The position numbers and the translations under genes are program-made. A DNA stretch of 64,000 nucleotides from an uncultured Christensenella sp. (GTDB lineage Bacteria > Bacillota > Clostridia > Christensenellales > Pumilibacteraceae), in NCBI GenBank assembly GCA_910585055.1, contig CAJUBY010000001.1, positions 56,255 through 120,254 on the forward strand, read 5' to 3'. Shown in pieces: positions 39,091 through 49,272 of this stretch (position 1 is the stretch's first letter; each line of letters opens with the position of its first letter). The notes under the pieces were generated by a model, which saw only the letters and a program-made list of their open reading frames with translations, was not told the DNA's origin and did not search any database.

Positions 39091-41223
39091 TAAGGCGATG
39101 GGGATCAAGAAAGAAACGAAGAAGCGGATATGCGCGGTGGCGGCGCTGGTAGGAAGCGTAAGCGCGGGCGGCGCGCTGGTAGCGTGCGGAAGCGAAGAAA
39201 AGCCTGTAGAGAAAGCTGGAGCGGAAGCGGGAGTGTATTACTTTGACGCGGGCGGAGAAGAGTATACGATGGCGTTGGGGGACGGAAAGCATGTAACGCT
39301 GATGATGGGCGCAGAGAAAAAAGAAGGGACGTACGGGATCAAAGACGGAGAGATCGAGATCAAGTTCGGAAAGGACGACGTAGCGAGAGGCGCGGTAAAG
39401 GAAACGGAGATCGCGCTGAAGTACGGCGGCCTGGATATGCGGTTTTACAAGAAAGTGTACTACGAAGTGAGGTACGACAGCGTAGACGGGAGCGAGATCG
39501 GGAGCGTAAGAGTGCTTAACGGGAAGCACGCGGAAAAGCCGGCGGATCCTGTAAAAGAGAACAGCATGTTTCTGGGGTGGTACGTAGACGAAGAGTATAC
39601 GATGCCGTATATATTCAGTGCGGAAGGAGTAAGCGGAGACATAACGCTGTACGCGCAGTGGGCGGAGCTGGTGCCCGGAGCACAGGAGTACGTCGTAAGA
39701 TTCGACTTAAACTACGAAACAGACGAGAAGATAGGGAACAAACAAACGATCGGAGGGAAACTGTACGATCTGCCGAAACCCGGAGGAAGAGAAGGGTACG
39801 AGTTTAAAGGGTGGTGGATAAGCGCGTACGAGGACGGGGAGAGACTGACGTCGGAAGTAACGAAAGAGAGCAGGATCGAAGAGAACAGAACGCTGTACGC
39901 GGTATGGGAAGAGAAAGGGAACGGGAACAGACTTAAGACGCCGCTGGTGAGCACGGAAGGGAAGACGGTACAGTGGAACAGAGTGGAAGGCGCAAGCTCG
40001 TATACGGTGGAAGTAGAGAACACCGCAGGCGAGAAAAGGGTGTACCAAGGACTGACGGCGACGCGGCAGGAATTGGAGCTGACGGAAGCGGGAGACTATA
40101 AGATAACGGTAACGGCGGTAAAGAGCGGAAACAGCGGAGAGAACTCGAGAGGAGGGGAAAGCTGGTACAGATACAAGGCGTTGGCGCGAGTGTCGATGTT
40201 CAGCGTGTCGGAAACGAGTTCGCTGGTATACAACGGGGTAGAGAACGCGGAAAGATATTACATAAAAGTGGAGTGCGGAAACGCGAGTCATAAACACGAT
40301 AGATACGACAACGGAACGTCTACGTATTATAACTTTGCGAACTGCACGATGCAGGAAGGCGGAATCAAGTTCACGGTAACGGCGGAAGCGGAAGGCTGGG
40401 CAAGCTCGACGTCGGTAACGTACGTGTACAACAGGATACTGGACGGAGTAAAAGAAGTAGCGTACGAGAAAGAAACGCAGAGCATAAGATGGGCGAGCGT
40501 AAAGAACGCGACGGGATATATCGTGGAAGTGAACGGAGAAAGAGAAGAGATAACGGGGACGGTATACAGTGTAAAGGGATACGACCCGGGAGAACTGAAG
40601 ATAAAAGTAACGCCGAAGACGAAGGGATATAACAGTCCGAAAGGGACGGAGATAACGGTACGGAAGGAAGAGTTGGCGGCGCCGAAAGGACTGGAACTGA
40701 CTGGGACGGAATTGAGCTGGGACGCGGTAAAAGGCGCGGAAGGATATACGGTAAAGATCGGAGAGAAGACGTATGAAACGGATCGGAACGTATACGATAT
40801 AACGGAAGCGATAGCGGAAGAGCCGAGTGCAAGCGGCGAATACCGAATAAGCGTAAAGGCGAACGGAGAGAAAGGATCGGAGTACAGCGACGAGATAAGG
40901 GTAAGAGCGCAGACGTTGCGCGGAACGCTGAAGTACGGCGACGGGAAAGTGCGCTGGGGGAGCGTGATCGGAGCAACGGAGTACCGTGTACGAGTGAACG
41001 GCGGAGCGGAGAAGACAATAACCGGCGGAACGGAGAGCGAAGTAACGCTTACACGACGCGGCATAAACGAGATAGAAGTGATGTACGCGGCGGGAGAGAC
41101 GGAGAGCGCGTGGGAGAAGCTGGAAGTGACGGGCTATGCCGTGGAGTTCGACAGCCGCGGCGGCACGGCTGTAGACACCGTTTACCTCGCTACCGGCGAC
41201 AGACTTGTCTTGCCCTCCGCACC
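39091..41223 (+). repeat. 2,133-bp direct repeat, copy B
   Basis: See copy A. Confidence 0.85.
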
Positions 41224-44200
41224 GGTATACGTCGGGTATATATTTAACGGTTGGTATAACTCGATAGGCGGTTCCGACGGTAACGGAATGGAAATAACCG
41301 ACGGTGAACTGTTCGATATTGCAAGCGACACGGTTCTTTTTGCCGATTGGAAGAACGGTACGTACGACATAACGCTCGATTACGGCAGCGGTCACGCGTC
41401 ATCTACCGGCAACGGAAAGGGTACCGTACAATATCTCAACGACTATACGCTGGAAGTGCCCGTCCATGACGACGGCAGAATGGTTTTTGTCGGATGGTAC
41501 AGTAACCGTAACGGCTCGGGCGAAAGGTATACCGATCAGGACGGAAAAAGCACCGATAAATGGAAAAACCGTTTCGGTGTCACTATGTATGCGCACTATA
41601 TAGAAGCGTTTAAATTCGTATATCTTCCTAACAGCGATTCGTATTCGGTCGTAAAATCGGATAAGCTTTCCTCGTCGGCTTTGACGCACGTTAAAATACC
41701 GGCGTATTACGACGATGGCGAGCACGGCAGTAAAAAAGTAACGATTGTGGACGGATATGCCTTTAGCGGATGCAGCAAACTGACGGAGATATCCATACCG
41801 GACACCGTAACTACGATAGCAGTAATGTCGTCCGCTTTCAAAGACTGTTCGAAACTCGAAAAAGTAAATGTTTATCACGTTGACGGCGTTATAGAGCCGC
41901 TGTACAGCACGTCCGATTCCGGGTTGCTGATGTATAAGAACGGAACGAGTAATGTCAACGAGTTGGTGTACGTCCCTGCCGCAAAGACGGGAATATTGAC
42001 CATCCCCGATACCGTAAACGCGATATTGGTCGATGTTTTTGCCGGCACGAAACTCGAAACGATCATAATACCGTCGAGTGTGATGCGTATCGACAAAGGC
42101 GCATTCAAATCGTCGACCGAACTTAACGAAATCAGGTTTTTGCCGAAGCTTCCCGGCGACGGAAAATTATCGGAGCTGTCCATAGCCGACGGAGCGTTCG
42201 ATCTGTGTTCCGGTTTGCAAAAAATCACTTTTCCCGCCCGAATGAAGACCTTTAACGCGGCGATTTTCGATTACTGCAAGGCTCTTACAGAGATCGACAT
42301 GGAAATAAGCGACGAAGCGGTATATAAAGCAGTTGACGGTATGCTTGTCAAAGACCGTACTCTGGTATTTTTCCCGACGGGAAAGAAAACGTGCAGGATA
42401 ACTACGGATATAACGGAAATAGGCGAAAGAGCATTTTACGATGCGGACGGACTGACATCCGTCGATATACCCAACTGGATAACTACAATACACAGCAGCG
42501 CTTTTGCGGAATGTTCCGCGCTTATGAGCGTAACGTTCAACGGCGGCGTCGGAGCGAGGAATCTTATAATAGGCGAAAGTGCGTTCGAACACTGCTCGTC
42601 GCTTTCGAGCATAGTGTACAACAACGCGCCGCAGATAACCGGCATGGGTGTAAGAGCTTTTGCAAAATGTACCGGTCTTCGAAGTTTTACCGTGCTTGAT
42701 ACTGTGTCGGAACTGTCGGAAAGCGTTTTTGCCGGATGCTCCAACCTTGCCGAAATAAATCTCGGCAATTCGCTCAAGACCATAGGCAAACAGGCGTTTT
42801 CGGGCTGTAAGGCTTTGACCGAAATTTCTTTCCCGTCGTCGCTGACAGGCGTAAGCGAAAAAGCGTTCGAAGCGTGTTCGGCATTAAAGACCGTTCGGTT
42901 TGCCGACGTATGCGAAAGCCTTACGCTCGGCTCCAATACGTTTGCCGACTGTACGTCTATCAAAACTATATCGTTGCCCGACTATGTTACATCGCTTGGA
43001 AGCGGCGCGTTTTCGGGTTGCTACAATCTTACGATAATAGATATAGACGAAAACAACAAATCTTTCGCGTCGTACGAAAACGTTATATATTCGCTTGACG
43101 CCGACGGCACATATACCGGCATAGTTTTTTATCCGTATACCAAAACGGGCGAAGTCGTATTGCCCGAAAAGATGACCGTTATCGGCGGTGTTTTTAAGAA
43201 TAATACAAGCATAACTAAGGTCACTATTCGCAGTACGGTGACGCAGATAGACGATACAGCGTTTTACGGATGTTCTAATTTGCGCTCGGTTGAGTTTTTA
43301 CCGCCGGAGACCGCAAAGGAAAGAACCGTAGCGGAAGAGCTTACGATAGGCGTCGGAGCTTTTAATAAATGTACGTCGCTCGTCTCGGTGATATTGCCGG
43401 AACGCCTTACGGAAGTGTCGGAGTATATGTTTCAAGGATGCACGTCGCTCGTCAGCGTGTCTATTCCGTCGACCGTTACCAAGATCGGCAGAGACGCGTT
43501 TAACGGCTGTAAGATGTTGACAACGGTAACTTTCGAAAAACGTACGGAAACGGTTGCCGCGGACACCGAACATGGGCGGTCGGAAGTGTCGACTAAACAG
43601 GTATGCGATATCGATTCCATAGGCTATAGGGCGTTTTATAATTGCTCGGCGTTGGCTTCTGTCACAATCCCGTACAGCGTAAGCACGGTATTTGCCGATG
43701 CGTTTTATAATTGTACGGCGTTATCCGAGCTTGTATTCGAAGACGGAGATACTCCGTTGGAAGTATATAACGACACCTCGTTAGATAGCTTTGGTTACAC
43801 TTCCGGTGTGTTTTTCGGTTGTACGGCGCTTACGGAAGTGACTTTGCCGGAAAGATTAAACCGTATTGCCAATAACATGTTTTACGAATGCACGTCGCTT
43901 GTAGGCGTAAATCTGCCCGGCAATATAAAAAATTCAACGTTTACTCAGCGCGCCGAAAAAACCGCGACTATAGATAATAAAGGAGTGGTCACGGACGCGT
44001 CGTCACAGACCAGGAATAATCTGAATCAAAGTTACGGCGGTATGGCGATAGGGCACGGGGCATTCGGCGCATGTTCGGCGCTTAGAACGGTAACCTGCAC
44101 GAAAAACAGTAAAAGCGAAGGCACGGTATCGTTCGGCGACAGACCGTTTAACTCATGTACGTCGCTCGACAGCGTAGAACTTCCGTCGCGGTTCGGTAAA

Positions 44201-47200
44201 AAAAGCGATACGGCTGATGACGAAGTTTGGTACAGCGCTCACGGAGGCAACAGTGATACAAGTTATCCCTTTGCGAATTGTAACAATTTGCAAAACGTTT
44301 ATATTGAAAGGGGAGGGGAATTTGCGTACGATATAGACGGCGTCGTGTATTCGGCAAGCGGTAAAACGCTGTTCTATTGTCCTCTCGGAAGGACTTCGAT
44401 AACTATACCGGACACCGTGGAAACGATCGGTGCCAATGCGTTCAGGAACGGCATTATTTCTGAAGTAAAATTCCAAGAAGAGCAGGACGGATATACCGGC
44501 GATAAAACGACGCTGCCCGATCTGACTGTAGGCGCTTCTGCATTCTATTTCTGTAAGTCGCTGCAATCGATAAAACTTCCTTCTCGGTTAAAAACATTGT
44601 CGGAAAGCGCATTCGGCAGCTGTTCCAACTTGTCGAGCGTTACGTTTGCCGACGATTGCGGTCTTACGGATATAGGAGCTTCGGTTTTCTCGTCTACGGG
44701 AATAACCGCAATCGTTCTGCCTAAAACCGTAACGACGCTGGGCGCTACCGTATTCAGCGGCGTTAAGCTTGCGGAAATAACGTTGCCGGACGGAATTATG
44801 AACAAGTTGATAACGCTCGGTTGCGCTGTCCCCGAAACTATAAAAACGTATTCCGCCGCCGGCGATATAATACTGCTTCCCGGCGAAGAGATAATAGAAG
44901 GGACTAAACTCGTCAAATTCTCGGGCGTGCCCGTAACGGAAGACGGAACTTACACCGTTGCCGCAAATATAACCGAAATATGCGATAACGCGTTCTTTAA
45001 CAATCAAAACGTAAAACACATTCGCTTCGCACAAGGCAGCCAAATAGCGAGCATAGGACAGTACGCATTTGCCAATTGCAAAAATCTTTTGGATATAGAA
45101 TTCCCCGATGATTGCGCTATAACCGATATTTCCGATTATGCGTTCCAAAACTGCACTTCGATTAACGGAATAACGGTGCCCGGTCGCGTAACGAGAGTGG
45201 GCAAGTTTGCTTTCGACGGATGTTCGGATCTCGCTGTGCTCGAGTTCGATCAATATACGCAGACATCGGACGGCGGCGAAACGTCGTCTGTATACAGTAT
45301 CGAACATCTCGACGAAGGCGCGTTCCGCAGTACGGGTCTGAATACGGTAACTTTGCCCGGATCGGTGACCAAACTCGGGCGTATAACAAACGGAGCGACT
45401 ACGACAGTGAACAACGTATTTGCAAATTGCGCGTCGCTTTCGACCGTTACTTTTGCCGCAGGTTCGGAAAAGCTGCTTATTTCCACAAGCACGAGCAGTA
45501 GCGGACACATGTTCGATAAGTGTGCGTCGCTTACGACAATTAACTTTAATAGCAGATTGGATTATCTGCCGCAGGGTATTTTTTATAATTATACGGCGTT
45601 GACTACCGTCACCGGAATTAATAATATAACATCTATAGGTAATTATGCGTTCAGCGGCTGTGTAGCTTTGTCTGAATTCGAAATACCGGTGGGCGTCATT
45701 GCCGTGGGACAGAAGGCATTCTTTAATTGTGCGGGATTAACGAAACTTTCGTTCGCCGAAGGCTCGGACAATACGGTAAAGAGCGCAAATATAACTTATT
45801 CAAACGGCGCGATATCGAAAACCGCGAATATCACTTCTACGAGTAACGCTCCTTTTAACGGTTGCTCAAAACTCGGCGCGATCGATTGCGGCAATAGAAA
45901 GTTCGATTTGAGTACAAGTATAATGTTCGCCAACAGCGGCGTGACCGAGCTGAAAAATATACAATTCGAAAAAACGGTATTGGTAAAAAGCGCGTTCGAA
46001 GGCGCAGCGCTCACGAACGTCGATTTTCTTGACGGTATTACAAAAATCGGTCAAACTGCGTTTAAAAACTGCAAATCGTTGACGGCGGTAACGATACCGG
46101 CTTCGGTAACAACTGTTGATAAAGGAAATACATTTGACGGTTGTTCGGAACTTACGGATGTAACGCTCAATAATGCGGCATATAGCGACAGTATGTTTGC
46201 CAACTGCACAAAGCTTCAAACGGTTAATTTCGCCGCGTGTGCGACGGCTATCCCCAACAGAATGTTCTATAATTGCTCGGAGCTTACCGCCGTTACTTTT
46301 GCAGCTAATGCCGATGCTTCTGCGTCGCTTACCATAACGAACGCGTCGAGCACAACATACAGCCCTTTTTATGAATGCACGTCGCTTGTTTCCGTAAACT
46401 TTAACGGACGCAAAGTAAGCATTGGAAATAACGCGTTTAACGGCTGTACTTCGCTTGCCAACGTAAACGGCATGGAAAACGCGACTAACATCGGGAACAG
46501 TGCGTTTAGCGGCTGTGCGCTTACTTCGGTGACTATCGGTGATTCTGTAACGACGCTCGGGACCGGGGCATTCCAAAACAACACAAAACTTTTATCGGTA
46601 AGCATAACGACCGATAAGTTTACGACGCTCGGTTCGTCGACATTCTACGGCTGTACGAATCTCGCTACCGTAACGTTTACCGGCGACGGAAGCGCGCTCA
46701 CCACTATAGGCGCATGGGCGTTCGGTAAATGTTCGTCGCTCGAAAGTATACGGCTTCCCGACGGCATAACCACTATTTACAACGGTGCGTTTGAAAACTG
46801 CACTTCGCTCACACAGGTCAATTTCCCGAGCAGTCTTGTTACAATAAGCGAAAACGCATTCTACAAATGTGCTATGACAAGCGTGGATTTACCGGCGTCG
46901 GTAAGCGAGATAGGCGACAGCGCGTTCGCGTACAATTCGGCGCTTTTGAGTGTGTCGGTATCGACAGACAGTTTCCCGAGGTTGGGAGCGTATATGTTCT
47001 CCAATTGCGTAAATCTCGCAACTGTGGAATTTAAAGGCGAAGGCATAGTGCTCGAAGAGTTCGGCGAAGGCGCGTTTTATAAGTGCGGAGCGCTTAGATC
47101 GATAACGTTGCCGAAAAACATCAAGTTCATAGGCAGCAACGCATTTGCTAATACGGGCTTGAGCGAGATATCATTGCACGAAGGCGTATTGAGCGTAGGC

Positions 47201-48940
47201 GACAGCGCTTTCGGCAACTGTATGTCTCTTACGACGGCAAATATCCCTGCAAGCGTTACCGAACTTTCTGGCAATCCGTTTGCCGGAAGCGTTAATCTCA
47301 CGGATCTTACGGTCAGCGAGGACAACGAGATCTATTCCGTAGTCGACGCGGTCATTTACTCGGGCGGCGGCAATACCATAGTCGGCTGTCTCGCTACCAA
47401 GACGGGCGAGTTCAGTATGGATAACGCCGTGACCGTTATCGAGTCGGGTGCGTTTATGAATTCCAAAGTGGAAAAAGTGGTCATAGCGGAAGGCGTTACG
47501 CAGATCGACAGCTATACATTCTACGGCTGTACCGAGCTTACAAGCGTGACTATTCCGTCGAGCGTAGTCAGCATCGGCGATTACGCGTTTCGCGGCTGCA
47601 GTTCGCTCGCCGACATAGCTATCCCGAACGGCGTAGTCAGCATAGGCAATTACGCGTTTTCCGGGTGTATCGGTCTTAACACAGTATCTCTGCCTGAAAC
47701 TCTCGTCAATCTCGGCACCAATATTTTCGAAGGCTGCGAGCGGCTCAACAACTTGGTCGTGCCGGCAAGCGTCGAAAAGCTTACCGATTGCATGTTCAAG
47801 GATTGTACGGCACTCACGACGCTTACATTTGCACCGAACAGCAAGCTTGCGAAGTTCGGCATGAACGTGTTCGAAAACAGCGGTCTTACCGAAATAACAG
47901 TTCCCGTCGGAGTTTTGTATCTTAATAAAAGCGAATTTTACAGGGCCGGAAACCTTACTAAGGTCACCTTCGAAAGCGGTAATATGCCGTTGCAGATAAA
48001 CGGTAATTCAAACACAAATAAACCGTTCGAAGGTTGCGATAACTTAGCCGAAATCGATTTTAACGGTCGAGTAACTTACTTGCAATCTTATGCGTTCAGC
48101 GATTGTGCCGGTTTGAGTGTTGTCAGCTGGGACGATATAGTCGAAATAGGAGGAAACGTATTTAGGAATTGTGTAAGTCTGTCGAACGTATCGCTGCCGT
48201 CCAAACTAAAAACAGTTACAGGATACGCGTTTTACGGCGCCGATGTAAAAACTTTGCATATATCCGCCGGTGTTAAATCGATAGAAGCCTATGCGTTCAT
48301 GGGGACGAATATTGTAGAACTCGAGATTCCCAAAACATTGGAGCGGTTCGGCACGGGGGCTTTTGCCGACTGTACAGAGCTTACGACCGTAAGATTCGAA
48401 GACGGATTTGTAAATAAAGGCTTCAATATAGAAAATTATGTTTTAAGTAATATATTCAAAGGCTGTATTAAACTAAATCGAGTTTCATTGTCCAATACCA
48501 TGACGGAGATCGTGCAAGGTATGTTCGAGGGCTGTTCGATGCTTGAAGATATAGATATTCCGGCGAGTGTCACCGCAGTGAAAGCCAACGCATTCAAAGA
48601 TTGTTCCAAATTAAAGAGCGTGAAGTTTAACGGTAATTTGTTGACGCTCTTGAGCGAGCAAGCTTTCGCAAATTGTACTTCGCTTACATCGGTGTCCTTG
48701 CCGCAGTCGCTTACTTATATCGGCGCCAACGTGTTCTCGGGGTGCGCCGGCTTAACTTCTATCGTTATCCCCGTAAAAGTATCTAATATGAACTTAAACG
48801 CTTTTGCCGATTGGGACGGCACAAAAACGATATATGTTCCGGGCTATGCCGATGCGGAAGCCGCAGGCTGGACGGAAGGCTGGAACGGCAGCGCCAACGT
48901 TATTTGGGGCAGAGGTCCCGATATTTCTGCAGCCGAGTGA
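39098..48940 (+). CDS. giant surface lipoprotein paralog (3,280 aa), same architecture as 28772-38629
   Basis: Residues 1-709 are identical to gene 1. The remainder is collinear but strongly diverged (LRR_5-type repeats throughout). Confidence 0.9.
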   Translation: MGIKKETKKRICAVAALVGSVSAGGALVACGSEEKPVEKAGAEAGVYYFDAGGEEYTMALGDGKHVTLMMGAEKKEGTYGIKDGEIEIKFGKDDVARGAVKETEIALKYGGLDMRFYKKVYYEVRYDSVDGSEIGSVRVLNGKHAEKPADPVKENSMFLGWYVDEEYTMPYIFSAEGVSGDITLYAQWAELVPGAQEYVVRFDLNYETDEKIGNKQTIGGKLYDLPKPGGREGYEFKGWWISAYEDGERLTSEVTKESRIEENRTLYAVWEEKGNGNRLKTPLVSTEGKTVQWNRVEGASSYTVEVENTAGEKRVYQGLTATRQELELTEAGDYKITVTAVKSGNSGENSRGGESWYRYKALARVSMFSVSETSSLVYNGVENAERYYIKVECGNASHKHDRYDNGTSTYYNFANCTMQEGGIKFTVTAEAEGWASSTSVTYVYNRILDGVKEVAYEKETQSIRWASVKNATGYIVEVNGEREEITGTVYSVKGYDPGELKIKVTPKTKGYNSPKGTEITVRKEELAAPKGLELTGTELSWDAVKGAEGYTVKIGEKTYETDRNVYDITEAIAEEPSASGEYRISVKANGEKGSEYSDEIRVRAQTLRGTLKYGDGKVRWGSVIGATEYRVRVNGGAEKTITGGTESEVTLTRRGINEIEVMYAAGETESAWEKLEVTGYAVEFDSRGGTAVDTVYLATGDRLVLPSAPVYVGYIFNGWYNSIGGSDGNGMEITDGELFDIASDTVLFADWKNGTYDITLDYGSGHASSTGNGKGTVQYLNDYTLEVPVHDDGRMVFVGWYSNRNGSGERYTDQDGKSTDKWKNRFGVTMYAHYIEAFKFVYLPNSDSYSVVKSDKLSSSALTHVKIPAYYDDGEHGSKKVTIVDGYAFSGCSKLTEISIPDTVTTIAVMSSAFKDCSKLEKVNVYHVDGVIEPLYSTSDSGLLMYKNGTSNVNELVYVPAAKTGILTIPDTVNAILVDVFAGTKLETIIIPSSVMRIDKGAFKSSTELNEIRFLPKLPGDGKLSELSIADGAFDLCSGLQKITFPARMKTFNAAIFDYCKALTEIDMEISDEAVYKAVDGMLVKDRTLVFFPTGKKTCRITTDITEIGERAFYDADGLTSVDIPNWITTIHSSAFAECSALMSVTFNGGVGARNLIIGESAFEHCSSLSSIVYNNAPQITGMGVRAFAKCTGLRSFTVLDTVSELSESVFAGCSNLAEINLGNSLKTIGKQAFSGCKALTEISFPSSLTGVSEKAFEACSALKTVRFADVCESLTLGSNTFADCTSIKTISLPDYVTSLGSGAFSGCYNLTIIDIDENNKSFASYENVIYSLDADGTYTGIVFYPYTKTGEVVLPEKMTVIGGVFKNNTSITKVTIRSTVTQIDDTAFYGCSNLRSVEFLPPETAKERTVAEELTIGVGAFNKCTSLVSVILPERLTEVSEYMFQGCTSLVSVSIPSTVTKIGRDAFNGCKMLTTVTFEKRTETVAADTEHGRSEVSTKQVCDIDSIGYRAFYNCSALASVTIPYSVSTVFADAFYNCTALSELVFEDGDTPLEVYNDTSLDSFGYTSGVFFGCTALTEVTLPERLNRIANNMFYECTSLVGVNLPGNIKNSTFTQRAEKTATIDNKGVVTDASSQTRNNLNQSYGGMAIGHGAFGACSALRTVTCTKNSKSEGTVSFGDRPFNSCTSLDSVELPSRFGKKSDTADDEVWYSAHGGNSDTSYPFANCNNLQNVYIERGGEFAYDIDGVVYSASGKTLFYCPLGRTSITIPDTVETIGANAFRNGIISEVKFQEEQDGYTGDKTTLPDLTVGASAFYFCKSLQSIKLPSRLKTLSESAFGSCSNLSSVTFADDCGLTDIGASVFSSTGITAIVLPKTVTTLGATVFSGVKLAEITLPDGIMNKLITLGCAVPETIKTYSAAGDIILLPGEEIIEGTKLVKFSGVPVTEDGTYTVAANITEICDNAFFNNQNVKHIRFAQGSQIASIGQYAFANCKNLLDIEFPDDCAITDISDYAFQNCTSINGITVPGRVTRVGKFAFDGCSDLAVLEFDQYTQTSDGGETSSVYSIEHLDEGAFRSTGLNTVTLPGSVTKLGRITNGATTTVNNVFANCASLSTVTFAAGSEKLLISTSTSSSGHMFDKCASLTTINFNSRLDYLPQGIFYNYTALTTVTGINNITSIGNYAFSGCVALSEFEIPVGVIAVGQKAFFNCAGLTKLSFAEGSDNTVKSANITYSNGAISKTANITSTSNAPFNGCSKLGAIDCGNRKFDLSTSIMFANSGVTELKNIQFEKTVLVKSAFEGAALTNVDFLDGITKIGQTAFKNCKSLTAVTIPASVTTVDKGNTFDGCSELTDVTLNNAAYSDSMFANCTKLQTVNFAACATAIPNRMFYNCSELTAVTFAANADASASLTITNASSTTYSPFYECTSLVSVNFNGRKVSIGNNAFNGCTSLANVNGMENATNIGNSAFSGCALTSVTIGDSVTTLGTGAFQNNTKLLSVSITTDKFTTLGSSTFYGCTNLATVTFTGDGSALTTIGAWAFGKCSSLESIRLPDGITTIYNGAFENCTSLTQVNFPSSLVTISENAFYKCAMTSVDLPASVSEIGDSAFAYNSALLSVSVSTDSFPRLGAYMFSNCVNLATVEFKGEGIVLEEFGEGAFYKCGALRSITLPKNIKFIGSNAFANTGLSEISLHEGVLSVGDSAFGNCMSLTTANIPASVTELSGNPFAGSVNLTDLTVSEDNEIYSVVDAVIYSGGGNTIVGCLATKTGEFSMDNAVTVIESGAFMNSKVEKVVIAEGVTQIDSYTFYGCTELTSVTIPSSVVSIGDYAFRGCSSLADIAIPNGVVSIGNYAFSGCIGLNTVSLPETLVNLGTNIFEGCERLNNLVVPASVEKLTDCMFKDCTALTTLTFAPNSKLAKFGMNVFENSGLTEITVPVGVLYLNKSEFYRAGNLTKVTFESGNMPLQINGNSNTNKPFEGCDNLAEIDFNGRVTYLQSYAFSDCAGLSVVSWDDIVEIGGNVFRNCVSLSNVSLPSKLKTVTGYAFYGADVKTLHISAGVKSIEAYAFMGTNIVELEIPKTLERFGTGAFADCTELTTVRFEDGFVNKGFNIENYVLSNIFKGCIKLNRVSLSNTMTEIVQGMFEGCSMLEDIDIPASVTAVKANAFKDCSKLKSVKFNGNLLTLLSEQAFANCTSLTSVSLPQSLTYIGANVFSGCAGLTSIVIPVKVSNMNLNAFADWDGTKTIYVPGYADAEAAGWTEGWNGSANVIWGRGPDISAAE
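41738..48840 (+). repeat. BspA-type LRR array of giant gene 2 (approximate bounds)
   Basis: Periodic LRR_5-like units. Confidence 0.7.
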
Positions 48941-48996
48941 CCGTATGACATGACGCCGTGATACTCGGAAATGCCACGAAAGTGTAAAGATCGAAG

Positions 48997-49034
48997 AACA
49001 CCGCCCGACAAAACATGTCGGGCGGTGTTTTTTT
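48997..49034 (+). terminator. rho-independent terminator after giant gene 2
   Basis: AACACCGCCCGACA-aaac-ATGTCGGGCGGTGTT followed by T7. Confidence 0.85.
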
Positions 49035-49058
49035 AATCCAAAGCGTTCCTTTTTTTGC

Positions 49059-49088
49059 TTGACAATGCATATAATATAGTGGTATAAT
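49059..49088 (+). promoter_or_regulatory. consensus sigma-A promoter of the MoxR/VWA/LRR operon
   Basis: TTGACA (49059-49064), 18-nt spacer, TGgTATAAT (-10 at 49083-49088). Confidence 0.65.
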
Positions 49089-49106
49089 AACACAACGTAT
49101 ATTTCC

Positions 49107-49153
49107 GTAACAGACAACGGCGTCGGGAATCTTTTTCCCTTGCGCCGTTTTTT
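49107..49153 (+). promoter_or_regulatory. conserved leader hairpin plus U-tract (copy 3 of 3)
   Basis: GTAACAGACAACGGCGTCGGGAATCTTTTTCCCTTGCGCCGTTTTTT. Outer stem AACGGCG/CGCCGTT, inner stem GGGAA/TTCCC, then U6. The first 21 nt are identical to copy 1. Confidence 0.65.
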
Positions 49154-49272
49154 ATTCGGAACGGTCGGTCGGCAATATCAAAGCGGTAACGGGTCGGTCG
49201 GTCGCATAAGGTACGCACATAGCGTTTATATGCGGAACTGTGCAGCCTCGGGTTTACCGCAAAGGAGCGATC

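Noticed and set aside
28772-48940. Diversity-generating retroelement or shufflon as an explanation for the constant/variable structure of the giant genes.
   Set aside because: No reverse transcriptase, template-repeat/variable-repeat pair or site-specific recombinase is visible in the window. Divergence is spread over 7 kb rather than concentrated in a short variable region.
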